A stretch of DNA of 64,000 bases from Gammaproteobacteria bacterium (lineage in GTDB: Bacteria > Pseudomonadota > Gammaproteobacteria > UBA4575): contig OZ241890.1 of the NCBI GenBank assembly GCA_965203475.1, positions 606,926 through 670,925 of the forward strand. Reading direction: 5' to 3'. Below are positions 1 to 9,098 of the stretch, piece by piece; position 1 is the stretch's first letter; each line of letters begins with the position of its first letter. The notes below the pieces were generated by a model that worked only from the letters and a program-made list of their open reading frames with translations, ran no database searches and had not been told where the DNA came from. The position numbers and the translations under genes were made by a program.

Positions 1-548
1 TCCGCTGCGTAGAGGCGTGGTCCATGGTCATTCCCTGGGTAGGTATAGAGCTTGGACCTGTATTGAAAAAGTTTAAGCCGACTTCTAAGGCAAAATTTGT
101 TCAGTTTAAAACCATATTTGACCCTGAAAATTTGCCGGGTCAAAAGCGAACCGTACTACAATGGCCATACCGTGAAGGTTTACGTATGGATGAAGCCATG
201 CATCCATTAACTATTTTATCGGTAGGTTTGTATGGAAAAGAGCTTCCAAATCAAAATGGGGCACCGCTACGAATAATAGTTCCGTGGAAATACGGATTTA
301 AGAGTATTAAATCAATTGTTAGTTTAAAGTTTACTGAAATTCAACCAGAAACAAGTTGGAATGTTGCAGGACCAAGGGAATATGGATTCTATTCAAATGT
401 TAACCCCGAAGTAGATCATCCTCGCTGGAGTCAAAAGCGTGAACGGCGAATTGGAGAATTTTTAAAACGAGAAACCCTACCTTTCAATGGCTATGCTGAA
501 GAGGTTGCTAGCTTATATGAAGGCATGGATCTTAAAAAACATTATTAA
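1..548 (+). CDS. msrP: Protein-methionine-sulfoxide reductase catalytic subunit MsrP (YedY-type molybdopterin oxidoreductase), 5'-truncated at the window edge
   Basis: The reading frame is open from base 3. The C-terminal region is YedY/MsrP-like, and msrQ follows immediately. Confidence 0.75.
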   Translation, partial: RCVEAWSMVIPWVGIELGPVLKKFKPTSKAKFVQFKTIFDPENLPGQKRTVLQWPYREGLRMDEAMHPLTILSVGLYGKELPNQNGAPLRIIVPWKYGFKSIKSIVSLKFTEIQPETSWNVAGPREYGFYSNVNPEVDHPRWSQKRERRIGEFLKRETLPFNGYAEEVASLYEGMDLKKHY

Positions 549-592
549 AAACTCACACCTTTTTAATAATAAAACTAAATCTTGTAAACCTA

Positions 593-1189
593 GTGAATAG
601 TTTACTTGCGAGTAAATATACGAAGCCTATTGTATTTATGCTTTGTCTAATGCCTCTTGGAGTATTATTCTACTGGTATCTTGTGGATAGTCTTGGGGCA
701 AATCCCATTGAAACAGTAAACAGAAGAACGGGTGATTGGGCTTTACGTTTTCTTTTAATTACTTTGGCAATTACACCGATTAGAAGACTTACTAGATGGA
801 ATAGTCTAGTCAATTATCGAAGAATGTTGGGGTTGTTTACTTTCTTTTACGTCTGTGTGCATTTAACTTCGTATACAGTTCTCGATCAATTTTTCAATTT
901 CTCAGAAATATTTGCTGACATTTTAAAACGCCCGTTTATCACAGCAGGATTTTCTGCATTTATCCTGCTTATTCCTCTTGCCATTACATCAAATGACAAA
1001 ATGGTAGAAAAATTACAACACCACTGGGTAAAGCTACATAAGTTGGTTTATATTGTTGCTATGTTGGCAGTGTTGCATTTTTGGTGGATGGTGAAAATCG
1101 ACACGCGCGAACCCATGATTTACGCGGTTATTTTATTTTTCTTGCTTGCGTTTCGTTTGTTTTTCTATTTTAAGCGCAAAATTTCATAG
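593..1189 (+). CDS. msrQ: Heme-binding membrane subunit MsrQ (YedZ family)
   Basis: 198 aa polytopic membrane protein with conserved His residues, directly downstream of msrP. Confidence 0.75.
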   Translation: MNSLLASKYTKPIVFMLCLMPLGVLFYWYLVDSLGANPIETVNRRTGDWALRFLLITLAITPIRRLTRWNSLVNYRRMLGLFTFFYVCVHLTSYTVLDQFFNFSEIFADILKRPFITAGFSAFILLIPLAITSNDKMVEKLQHHWVKLHKLVYIVAMLAVLHFWWMVKIDTREPMIYAVILFFLLAFRLFFYFKRKIS

Positions 1190-1229
1190 CTTTTCAAATC
1201 TTTTTTCTTCTGTGTTATAGGAAATTAAA

Positions 1230-1961
1230 TTGAAAGATCGGTTAGTTGCTCACCGAGGGGATATGACTTCTTATCCTGAGAATAGTTTATATGCCTTTAA
1301 AAAAGCTGCAGAGCTTGGCTTTTCCTATATTGAGTTAGATATTCAAATCTCAAAAGATTCTAAAGCTATTGTTATTCATGATGAAGATTTGCTAAGAACC
1401 GTGGGTATAAAGGAAATGGTGTGCAATCTTACATCAGAAGAATTATCCAAAATCACACTACTTTCCGAAAACAAAAATATTCAAAACTCTCATTTACTAC
1501 AGATAGCAACTTTAAAGAAGGCTATATCAGCTTTGAATTCATTTAAAGATATAACCTTATTTGTCGAAATAAAAGAACAAAGTATCGAAAAATTTGGTTT
1601 GCAAAAAGTTATGAACAGTGTTTTAGGTGAATTGGAGCATGCAAAGATAAACATTGTTATTATTTCATTTTCGCATGAAGTGGTGAAGTTCGTTAAGGAA
1701 TTTAAAAATGTTAATAATGGGTGGGTATTGCGAAAATATAATCAATCGACAGTAGAGCAGGTCGTAGAGCTAAATCCTGGCTATATTTTTTGCAATGTTA
1801 AAAAGATTAGTAAACCTGCTGAGTTATTGAAAGGAGCTTGGAAGTGGGCATTATATGATGTAATGAATCCGGCTTTTGCATGTGAACTTTTGATGCAAGG
1901 TGTTGATTTGATAGAGACGGGAGATATTGTCAGGCTTAATTCCTCGGAAGAGTTTCAATAA
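1230..1961 (+). CDS. Glycerophosphodiester phosphodiesterase (GDPD/UgpQ family)
   Basis: N-terminal HRGD...PENSLYAF...ELD motif of the GP-PDE domain. TTG start. Confidence 0.7.
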   Translation: MKDRLVAHRGDMTSYPENSLYAFKKAAELGFSYIELDIQISKDSKAIVIHDEDLLRTVGIKEMVCNLTSEELSKITLLSENKNIQNSHLLQIATLKKAISALNSFKDITLFVEIKEQSIEKFGLQKVMNSVLGELEHAKINIVIISFSHEVVKFVKEFKNVNNGWVLRKYNQSTVEQVVELNPGYIFCNVKKISKPAELLKGAWKWALYDVMNPAFACELLMQGVDLIETGDIVRLNSSEEFQ

Positions 1962-1969
1962 ATGTATAC

Positions 1970-3157
1970 ATGAACATTCAGTATGATGTAGTAATAATTG
2001 GTGGAGGTATTCACGGCGTTGGGGTCGCACAAGCAGCTGCTGTTAAAGGCTATAAGACAATATTATTGGAACAATATGATCATCTGGCAGAAGGGACTTC
2101 TTCACGTTCCAGCAAGCTTATTCATGGTGGTTTGCGTTACTTAGAGCAATTTGAATTTCCATTGGTGCATGAATGTTTAGTGGAGCGTAGCTATTTATTA
2201 AAAAATGCTCCAGATTTAGTAAAGCTCACACCCGTCTACATTCCAATCTATAGCCATTCTCAGCGCACTCCTTGGATGATATGGGCAGGCCTCACTTTGT
2301 ATGCGTTGCTTGGCAGTTTCAAGAAAGATGCTGCCTTTAAAATAATTCCAAAAGCTGAATGGAGTAAGCTTCATAATATCGAAACAAATGAATTACGCGC
2401 TGTTTATCAATATTATGAAGCACAAACCGATGACCAATTATTAACACAAGCTGTAATGAACTCTGCGATTGAATATGGTGCAGAGCTAAATTTGGATGCA
2501 AAAGTTGTAAATATTAAATTAGTAGACGATTCTTGCGAAGTTACTTATCAAACACACTCAGGCAAGCAATCTATTTTAACGAGTTCAACCGTTGTAAATG
2601 CGGCAGGCCCGTGGGCAAGACAAGTTTTACAAAATGTAGCTCCTCAACAAAAATTAATAGATGTCGATTTAGTACAGGGTGCGCATATTGTTTTGCCAAT
2701 TCAATTAGGCGAAGTGATTTTCTATATTGAAAGTCCGCAAGATGGTCGGCCCATTTTTATTATGCCTTGGTATGGCAAAACTATGATTGGCACCACGGAA
2801 ACTATATATAAGAATGATCCAGCTGAGATACGGGCGACAGACAAAGAAATAGAATATTTATTACATGCATTTTATTCCTATTTTCCAAACTATAAATCAC
2901 AAAATATTGAGCTAAGAGAGCATTTTGCTGGATTACGCGTATTACCTAAAAATTACAAAGATGCTAATCAACGCTCCAGAGAAACGATTTATTTGCGAGA
3001 CCGAAAACATAAACCACGTTTGTTATCCATATTTGGCGGAAAGTTAACGGCGTATCGGGCCACCTCTGAACAAGTTATAAAATATTTACATAGTTCACTT
3101 CCGCCTTCAAAGAGTGTTCTAAAAACAAGTGAAGTCAAATTAAGTAGGCCAAGCTGA
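1970..3157 (+). CDS. FAD-dependent glycerol-3-phosphate dehydrogenase/oxidase-like oxidoreductase (GlpD-like, short 395 aa form)
   Basis: N-terminal DVVIIGGGIHG dinucleotide-binding fold and a LIHGGLRYLEQ motif. Sits next to the GDPD gene. Confidence 0.7.
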   Translation: MNIQYDVVIIGGGIHGVGVAQAAAVKGYKTILLEQYDHLAEGTSSRSSKLIHGGLRYLEQFEFPLVHECLVERSYLLKNAPDLVKLTPVYIPIYSHSQRTPWMIWAGLTLYALLGSFKKDAAFKIIPKAEWSKLHNIETNELRAVYQYYEAQTDDQLLTQAVMNSAIEYGAELNLDAKVVNIKLVDDSCEVTYQTHSGKQSILTSSTVVNAAGPWARQVLQNVAPQQKLIDVDLVQGAHIVLPIQLGEVIFYIESPQDGRPIFIMPWYGKTMIGTTETIYKNDPAEIRATDKEIEYLLHAFYSYFPNYKSQNIELREHFAGLRVLPKNYKDANQRSRETIYLRDRKHKPRLLSIFGGKLTAYRATSEQVIKYLHSSLPPSKSVLKTSEVKLSRPS

Positions 3158-3169
3158 GATTATCTGTTC

Positions 3170-3646
3170 TCACATAGCAATTGATTTCAGATAATTTGAA
3201 TAGCGTGTGGAAACTTCAAAAGAATGTTTAGATGCGTTATTAATCCATTCATCAATTATAACCTTCATTTCAAAATGAAAATTATCAAAAAAGTAATGAG
3301 TTAAAGGGTTTTTCCCTGTAGGTAATGCAATCACTTTCTGTTTGAGTTTCATTGCGAAAAATTCTTCTTGTTCAAAATTTAATTTCATTGCAAATACCCA
3401 GCGCCAATCCCAGGCATACGGCGATATAGAATTTTTTCCAAAATGCATTTTGAATAATTCGCCCGTACTGGTGTCTCCTTCACTATAAATAGCGGCTTCA
3501 AAGGAATGTAGGTTATTTGAGCAAATAAGATTTGCTTCTACTATTTCGGAACTATGTGAAAATGGAGCTAAGGCTTGGTATAAATCGGGATACAATAGCT
3601 GAAGAAATGCCAAGAATTTTGGATATTGCTTAGCCTGTTCTACCAT
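3170..3646 (-). CDS. Hypothetical protein (158 aa)
   Basis: Clean ORF convergent with the GlpD-like gene. No recognisable motif. Confidence 0.4.
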   Translation of the reverse strand: MVEQAKQYPKFLAFLQLLYPDLYQALAPFSHSSEIVEANLICSNNLHSFEAAIYSEGDTSTGELFKMHFGKNSISPYAWDWRWVFAMKLNFEQEEFFAMKLKQKVIALPTGKNPLTHYFFDNFHFEMKVIIDEWINNASKHSFEVSTRYSNYLKSIAM

Positions 3647-3692
3647 AATTTGATACTGGGCTAATCCAAAAACATGTGCAAGCCGCTATACT

Positions 3693-3800
3693 TATAAATA
3701 TGCGCCTGTAGCCCAGCTGGACGATGGACAGGAGTCCGAGTGTCGCGAGAGACAGGGAAAGTCGAAAGCGACTAGAGTTACAGCGCATAGCGCTGTTAGT
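3693..3800 (+). other. tRNA-like 5' fragment (19/20 nt identical to the 5' end of the downstream tRNA-Arg) followed by three short hairpins; degenerate tRNA or structured RNA
   Basis: GCGCCTGTAGCCCAGCTGGA matches the start of the tRNA at 3843. The 3' part does not fold as a cloverleaf. Hairpins present are TGTC-GCGAGA-GACA, GTCG-AAAG-CGAC and ACAGCGC-ATA-GCGCTGT. Confidence 0.3.
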
Positions 3801-3842
3801 ATGGATTCTCATAGATGTTTGAAAAATAACTTAACCTAAATT

Positions 3843-3919
3843 GCGCCTGTAGCTCAGCTGGATAGAGTACCTGGCTTCGAACCAGGTGGTCGGGGGTTCG
3901 AATCCCTCCGGGCGCGCCA
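3843..3919 (+). tRNA. tRNA-Arg (anticodon TCG)
   Basis: Full cloverleaf: acceptor GCGCCTG/CGGGCGC, D-arm GCTCAGCTGGATAGAGT, anticodon arm CCTGG-CTTCGAA-CCAGG, T-arm GGGGGTTCGAATCCCTCC, discriminator G and CCA. Close to E. coli tRNA-Arg(ACG) apart from the anticodon. Confidence 0.85.
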
Positions 3920-3960
3920 ATAACAACTCAGAATTTAAAATTAATTTTTAGGATTATCTG

Positions 3961-5634
3961 ATGCTAAAAGGTTTTACGTGTTTATACTTGAGAGAGTTAA
4001 CGATTCTGGCCATTTGTTTCATTATAGTACCGCCAGTTTCAGCAGCTAATTCTCCGATACAAGAGCAAATTCGTCAAAAAATTGAAAAATTACGTAACGA
4101 TAACCAGCTATCAATATCAGGAGCAGAAATTGCGTCTAAAAAAGTGCTGCCTGAATTATATGAACGCAGATCTTATACAGCTGCGTGGGATAATCCTGTA
4201 AGAATTGACGATCTAATCCAAATGGTTGGAAGAGCAGAAGAAGAAGGCTTACTACCACATGACTATCACTACAGTGAACTATCATCTTTACGAGATACAA
4301 ATAGTAATGATGCGAGTGATATTGCAGATTTAGACATTCTTTTAACTGATAGTTTGATCCGTTATGGCTACCATCAAAATTTTGGGAAAGTAATTCCATC
4401 CGAATTGGATTCAAATTGGAACTTCACACGCAATATTGGAGATAAAGACCCGGTTAGTTTAGTGCAAGGTGCCATCGATTCCGACGGCATTCGGCAATAT
4501 ATTTCAGATGTACTTGAGAGAGGTCCCTATTATCGGCGATTAAAAAAATTGTTGGCCGAATATCGTATGCGTGCTGCTAGTGAAGAGGCAGATATACCTA
4601 CGATTCCTGCAGGTCCAGCTTTAAAAAAAGGAATGAACGATTCGAGAGTTTCAATAGTAAGGAAAAGACTTATAAGTACTGGTGATTTGAGCGATAGTGA
4701 TGTATTGGATCCAAATTTATTTGATGAAACGTTAGAGGGGGCGGTTAAACAATTTCAGAAAAATGCAAATATTGCTATTGATGGAATTGTGGGTCCAGGA
4801 ACATTGGCGTTACTGAATCCTACGTTGCAAAGTCGTATCGACCAGCTGCGTGTGAATATGGAACGTATTCGATGGATATTTCGCGATATACGTGACAACA
4901 AAGATTTTGTAATCGTGAATATTGCCGATTTTAAAACAGCATTTGTACGTGATCATAAAGTCGTCTGGGAAACAAAATCACAAGTTGGGCGTACGTATTA
5001 CAAAACTCCTGTTTTTCGTGCAGATATGGAATATGCACAATTTAATCCAACGTGGACGATTCCGCCAGGTATTCTTCGACGAGATATCATTCCAAAAATT
5101 AAAGTAGATCCTGGCAGTTTGGCTGCAAACGACATGCGGTTAATAGATAATAAAACAGGCAAAGTGGTAGATCCTGCGACCTTGGACTGGTCAAAATTAG
5201 AAGGAAAAGGATTTCCGTATCAAGTTGTGCAAGCTCCTGGCCCTAAAAATCCATTAGGCTTAGTAAAATTTATTTTTCCAAATCCTCATTTTGTTTATTT
5301 GCATGATACAACTGCAAAAGATAAATTTTCTGAAGATGTAAGGGCATTTAGTGCAGGTTGTATTCGCATTCAGAAACCGTTTGAGTTTGCAGAATTATTG
5401 CTAAATGATCCAGAGTGGAATCAGACAACAATACAGAAAACCTTAGATTCTAAAAAAATTAAAACAGTATATTTGAAAGAGAAAATTCCGGTTTTGGTAC
5501 TTTATTGGACTGTCGTCGCGACGAATGAGCACGAGGCTAGATTTTTGCCAGATATATATGAAAGAGATCTGGCTATACTGAAGGAATTAAATGAACCATT
5601 TAAGCCTTTTAAGTTGAAGGGTGTAACTCATTGA
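3961..5634 (+). CDS. L,D-transpeptidase (YcbB/LdtD family) with peptidoglycan-binding domain
   Basis: N-terminal signal sequence, PG-binding-like region, YkuD catalytic region with YLHDT...AFSAGCIRI (His/Cys motif). Confidence 0.8.
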   Translation: MLKGFTCLYLRELTILAICFIIVPPVSAANSPIQEQIRQKIEKLRNDNQLSISGAEIASKKVLPELYERRSYTAAWDNPVRIDDLIQMVGRAEEEGLLPHDYHYSELSSLRDTNSNDASDIADLDILLTDSLIRYGYHQNFGKVIPSELDSNWNFTRNIGDKDPVSLVQGAIDSDGIRQYISDVLERGPYYRRLKKLLAEYRMRAASEEADIPTIPAGPALKKGMNDSRVSIVRKRLISTGDLSDSDVLDPNLFDETLEGAVKQFQKNANIAIDGIVGPGTLALLNPTLQSRIDQLRVNMERIRWIFRDIRDNKDFVIVNIADFKTAFVRDHKVVWETKSQVGRTYYKTPVFRADMEYAQFNPTWTIPPGILRRDIIPKIKVDPGSLAANDMRLIDNKTGKVVDPATLDWSKLEGKGFPYQVVQAPGPKNPLGLVKFIFPNPHFVYLHDTTAKDKFSEDVRAFSAGCIRIQKPFEFAELLLNDPEWNQTTIQKTLDSKKIKTVYLKEKIPVLVLYWTVVATNEHEARFLPDIYERDLAILKELNEPFKPFKLKGVTH

Positions 5635-5639
5635 CAGGT

Positions 5640-6500
5640 TGAGTATAGCGCTGATTAAAAGTTATTTATTGATTGTACTTCTTCAACCCAAGAACAGCCT
5701 GTATAAAATTGGGTAACTAAAACTATTTGTTGAGATATTATTTCTAATGGTAAAGCTATTGCTCTTGCAGAAATGGAAGGAATTCGTGGATTGTTACGGC
5801 ATCCTTTATAGGCCTCTAATACACTAGAGACCTATATTGGTGCATCTATTTTTATAATACTAAAGTTTGGAGCACAATTCATTTTTCATCAACAGCAGTA
5901 CGCAAAAAAGATATTTCTCAAGTAAAAGTAGAGTTAGTAGAAAATGATGCCAAGCTGATGAGTGAATCATTAATCATTAGTTTAGGATAAGAATTCGTTC
6001 TCCTTTTTTTAAATTATATGTTGCGTGAAGACACAAATTCCATGTTGCATGGTTTATGTATTTTCATTGCTGTTTGCAATCGATAAAATAATCTAAATGA
6101 ATTTTCTAGTGATGGTTACTCATTATTTCCAGATAGCTCTTTAATTGATGAAAAAGATTGGTGTGAATGTTGTTTTAAGCATGATTTAGCGTATTGGTGT
6201 GGAGATATATATGAAAGTGTAAAAATGCTGATTTAATAGTAAAGTAATGTATATTCAATAAAACTCAAAACGAACAACTAGCACAAATTATGTACAACAG
6301 TGTAAGTTTTGATGGTAGCCCTTATTTTTATAATTGATATCGTTGGGAATATGGATGGTCTTACCATGGAAAGTATAAGACTTTAAGTGAGAAGGAATTA
6401 AAACAAGCAACGACTTAAAGAAAATTTTTTAACAGTAAAGATTCAAATTATTGCAACTCTGAGATAACGCAGTAATTTTTGTCCTTGATTTAAAATTCCT
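5640..6500. pseudogene. Degraded gene remnants (frame-shifted ORF fragments, including a Cys-rich fragment DWCECCFKHDLAYWCG)
   Basis: About 0.9 kb without an intact ORF in an otherwise gene-dense window. Several 20-50 codon open stretches lack start codons. Confidence 0.35.
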
Positions 6501-6531
6501 TGAAAAACAATATCTTTTGAAACTGTTGAAA

Positions 6532-6572
6532 GTTCTCTATAAGTTCTCTATTATGAGAACTTATGGAGAACA
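6532..6572 (+). promoter_or_regulatory. Candidate LexA operator: two tandem GTTCTC half-sites followed by two GAGAAC half-sites (nested palindromes), overlapping the lexA RBS
   Basis: AGTTCTCTAT-AAGTTCTCTAT-TATGAGAAC-TTATGGAGAAC ends immediately before the lexA start at 6575. Confidence 0.45.
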
Positions 6573-6574
6573 TT

Positions 6575-7165
6575 ATGCTAACCGAGCGGGAACAAGCTAC
6601 GCTCCAGTTCATTACTGACTATCTTGCTAAGTACCGTAAAGCGCCTTTGCTTATCGAGATTGCACAAGGTTTGGGTATTCACTCCAAAGGCGTAGTGCAT
6701 CGTTATTTATCTGTGCTAGAAGAGCAGGGCTATATCCGCCGGCAACAAAGGCACCGTGGCATCGAACTAGTGGGCCATCCTAATCATGACGAGGTGCCGT
6801 TGTTGGGGCGCATTGCGGCCGGCAAACCTATCGAAGCGATTGAAGATCGTGAATTAATAAATTTTACACATTTATTGGGAGGTCCTAATCGATTTGTGTT
6901 ACAGGTAAAAGGACATTCCATGATTGATGAAGGTATTCGTAGTGGTGATCTTGTCGTTATTGAACAAGCCAGTCATGCGCGGAGCAATCAAATTGTTGTG
7001 GCACTTATTGATGATCATGAAGCTACACTTAAGCGCATTAAATTTCCAGATCGAAATACAATTCGCTTAATTCCTGCGAATAAAAATATGCAGCCTAAAG
7101 AATACCCAACTGAGCGTGTAACCATACAAGGTGTATTGGTTGGGCAGGTAAGAATGTACACCTGA
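6575..7165 (+). CDS. lexA: LexA repressor (S24 peptidase with N-terminal wHTH)
   Basis: Colinear with E. coli LexA: Ala-Gly cleavage site in IAAGKP, Ser in GHSM and Lys in LKRIK. The ATG at 6575 is preferred over 6563 because of the GGAG RBS. Confidence 0.85.
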   Translation: MLTEREQATLQFITDYLAKYRKAPLLIEIAQGLGIHSKGVVHRYLSVLEEQGYIRRQQRHRGIELVGHPNHDEVPLLGRIAAGKPIEAIEDRELINFTHLLGGPNRFVLQVKGHSMIDEGIRSGDLVVIEQASHARSNQIVVALIDDHEATLKRIKFPDRNTIRLIPANKNMQPKEYPTERVTIQGVLVGQVRMYT

Positions 7166-7179
7166 CTTTATGTCGCTAA

Positions 7180-8403
7180 GTGATGAAACGCTGGGATCGT
7201 GCGATTGTATTTATCGATATGGATGCTTTTTTTGCAAGCATTGAGCAGCATGATCAGCCCGAATTACGTGGACAACCTATTGGTATTACAAATGGATTAA
7301 CGGGCACATGTTTTATTACTTGTTCTTATGAAGCTAGAGCGTATGGCATTAAAACGGCAACAAGAATTAAAAAAGCAAAAGAATTGTGTTCTGATGTAAT
7401 TCAAGTTCCAGCTCGACCTTATCGCTATGCAGAAGTTTCCACGAATATTATGTCTGCACTGCAAAACATTACGCCGGATATTGAAGTTTTTTCTGTAGAT
7501 GAAGCTTTTTTAGACATTACTCATTGCCAGGGCATTTATGGAGATCCTGCAAAAATGGGCACTCTTATTAAAAGTACAGTGTATGAGGCAGGAGGAGTAT
7601 CCTGCAGTATTGGCATTAGTGGGGACAAAACCACTGCCAAAGTTGCAGCCAAACAAGATAAACCTGATGGATGTGTAGTGGTTCCACCTTGGGAAGCTAG
7701 AAATTTTCTTAAAAATAAACCGGTGACTGATTTATGTGGTGTTGCAAAGGGTATTGGTCGATATCTAGGGGACCGTGGTGTTGAATTATGTGGCGACATG
7801 CAGCATTTACCCATCGGTGAACTGGGACATCGTTTTGGAAACCCAGGGCGGCGTATTTGGTATATGGCACAGGGTTTGGATCCTGAACCTTTACAACCGA
7901 ATGTTGCAGCACCTAAGTCAATTGGTCATGGCAAAATTATGCCGCCCAACACCAAGCAACATTCTGTATTGAAAATATATTTGCATCATATGGCAGAAAA
8001 AGTAGGTGCGCGATTGCGCAAACATCATTTTGAAGCACAGCACTTTTTTATTGGTTTTCGAACCGAACAGGGCTGGCTAGCCAAAAAAATGAAAACAGTG
8101 GATCCAACAGATGATAGTCAGCAGATTAAGGCATTGGCCAATGATTTGCTCAATCACTACTGGCAGGGGCAGGGATGTTTTCAGGTACAGATTACTGCAC
8201 TTGATCCGAAAGACCAGGGTAATCAACTGTCATTATTTCGACAGAAAGACATTAAACGTGAGCAAATTAACCAGACCATGGATCGTATTAACGAGCGCTA
8301 TGGAGAATTTACTCTGGCCCCTGCTGTGTTATTGAATCGCTCGAACATGCCCAATGTGATTGCACCTGCATGGAAACCAGCAGGTCATAGAAAGACAGTA
8401 TGA
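7180..8403 (+). CDS. Y-family DNA polymerase (DinB/Pol IV-like, catalytic residues intact)
   Basis: IDMDAFFASIE and SVDEAFLDIT catalytic motifs and a KVAAKQDKPDG motif. Lies 15 nt downstream of lexA. Confidence 0.8.
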   Translation: MMKRWDRAIVFIDMDAFFASIEQHDQPELRGQPIGITNGLTGTCFITCSYEARAYGIKTATRIKKAKELCSDVIQVPARPYRYAEVSTNIMSALQNITPDIEVFSVDEAFLDITHCQGIYGDPAKMGTLIKSTVYEAGGVSCSIGISGDKTTAKVAAKQDKPDGCVVVPPWEARNFLKNKPVTDLCGVAKGIGRYLGDRGVELCGDMQHLPIGELGHRFGNPGRRIWYMAQGLDPEPLQPNVAAPKSIGHGKIMPPNTKQHSVLKIYLHHMAEKVGARLRKHHFEAQHFFIGFRTEQGWLAKKMKTVDPTDDSQQIKALANDLLNHYWQGQGCFQVQITALDPKDQGNQLSLFRQKDIKREQINQTMDRINERYGEFTLAPAVLLNRSNMPNVIAPAWKPAGHRKTV

Positions 8404-8448
8404 GCACATGATCGAAATTCAAAGTAAGCCAGGACATCGCAAGACGGT

Positions 8449-8895
8449 ATGAGTAGTGGTGTGTTGTATACAATCGAGGAACAAGATAGAAGAATCTATT
8501 TTCACAATCCACTTGCCACACTTCCAGTCATTACCAAGCAAGACAATATCATCATGATGCCTTGGGGCAGGCGAAAAAAACAAAAAGGTATGCTGCCATT
8601 AGGAGGCTGGGCCAGATTAGAGGGGATATATAAAGGCCAGTGGGATCGGTGGTTGCCAAAATCTGTAAAAATTCCAGTCAAATCATTTATGGAAAAATCA
8701 CATGATGGTTCGAATCACTGGTTTGATTTAGTAAAAGGGCAATGTTTACAAGGATTGGTTGCACGTAACAAATATGAGCAACGAGTATATGTTGTTACCA
8801 TAGAACCAGAGCAAGAGTATGCGTGGTATTACCGATGGCCTCGTATTATAAATAAAGGTTATAAAAATAATTTAGAAGTTTTCGATGTAAATTAG
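8449..8895 (+). CDS. Hypothetical protein (148 aa), third gene of the lexA-polymerase cassette
   Basis: ORF 45 nt after the polymerase on the same strand. No recognisable domain. Confidence 0.45.
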   Translation: MSSGVLYTIEEQDRRIYFHNPLATLPVITKQDNIIMMPWGRRKKQKGMLPLGGWARLEGIYKGQWDRWLPKSVKIPVKSFMEKSHDGSNHWFDLVKGQCLQGLVARNKYEQRVYVVTIEPEQEYAWYYRWPRIINKGYKNNLEVFDVN

Positions 8896-9098
8896 AAATT
8901 CAAAAAAATAATCAGATCAAAAGTCATTACCATTAATGCACTATAAAACCCACGTTTGTCTTATTTATCTTTAAAAAACAACCATCTATACATACAAATA
9001 ATGACTCGGTAACTTACATAAATACAATGAGTTATATCGCGGATAGGATGAAGCGTAAGTAATGGAAAATACCATTGTGATTGTGAAAAGGAGTTTTC

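Noticed and set aside
2533-2730. Short ORFs nested inside or antisense to larger genes (e.g. 2533-2730, 4136-4414, 7536-7972, 16432-17054, 25392-25619, 26175-26671, 27717-28007, 37390-38050, 40100-40667, 43880-45231, 46492-47678)
   Set aside because: Each lies within a longer ORF with clear homology and has no independent RBS or motif. They are typical spurious ORFs.
3693-3800. Group I intron-containing tRNA as the explanation for the tRNA-like 5' fragment
   Set aside because: The insert is only about 90 nt, far below the minimum group I intron size, and no 3' tRNA half with a T-arm and acceptor follows.
6481-6575. E. coli-type LexA box (CTGT-N8-ACAG) upstream of lexA
   Set aside because: CTGT at 6523 has no ACAG partner at the required spacing. 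The GTTCTC/GAGAAC array is the only symmetric element.
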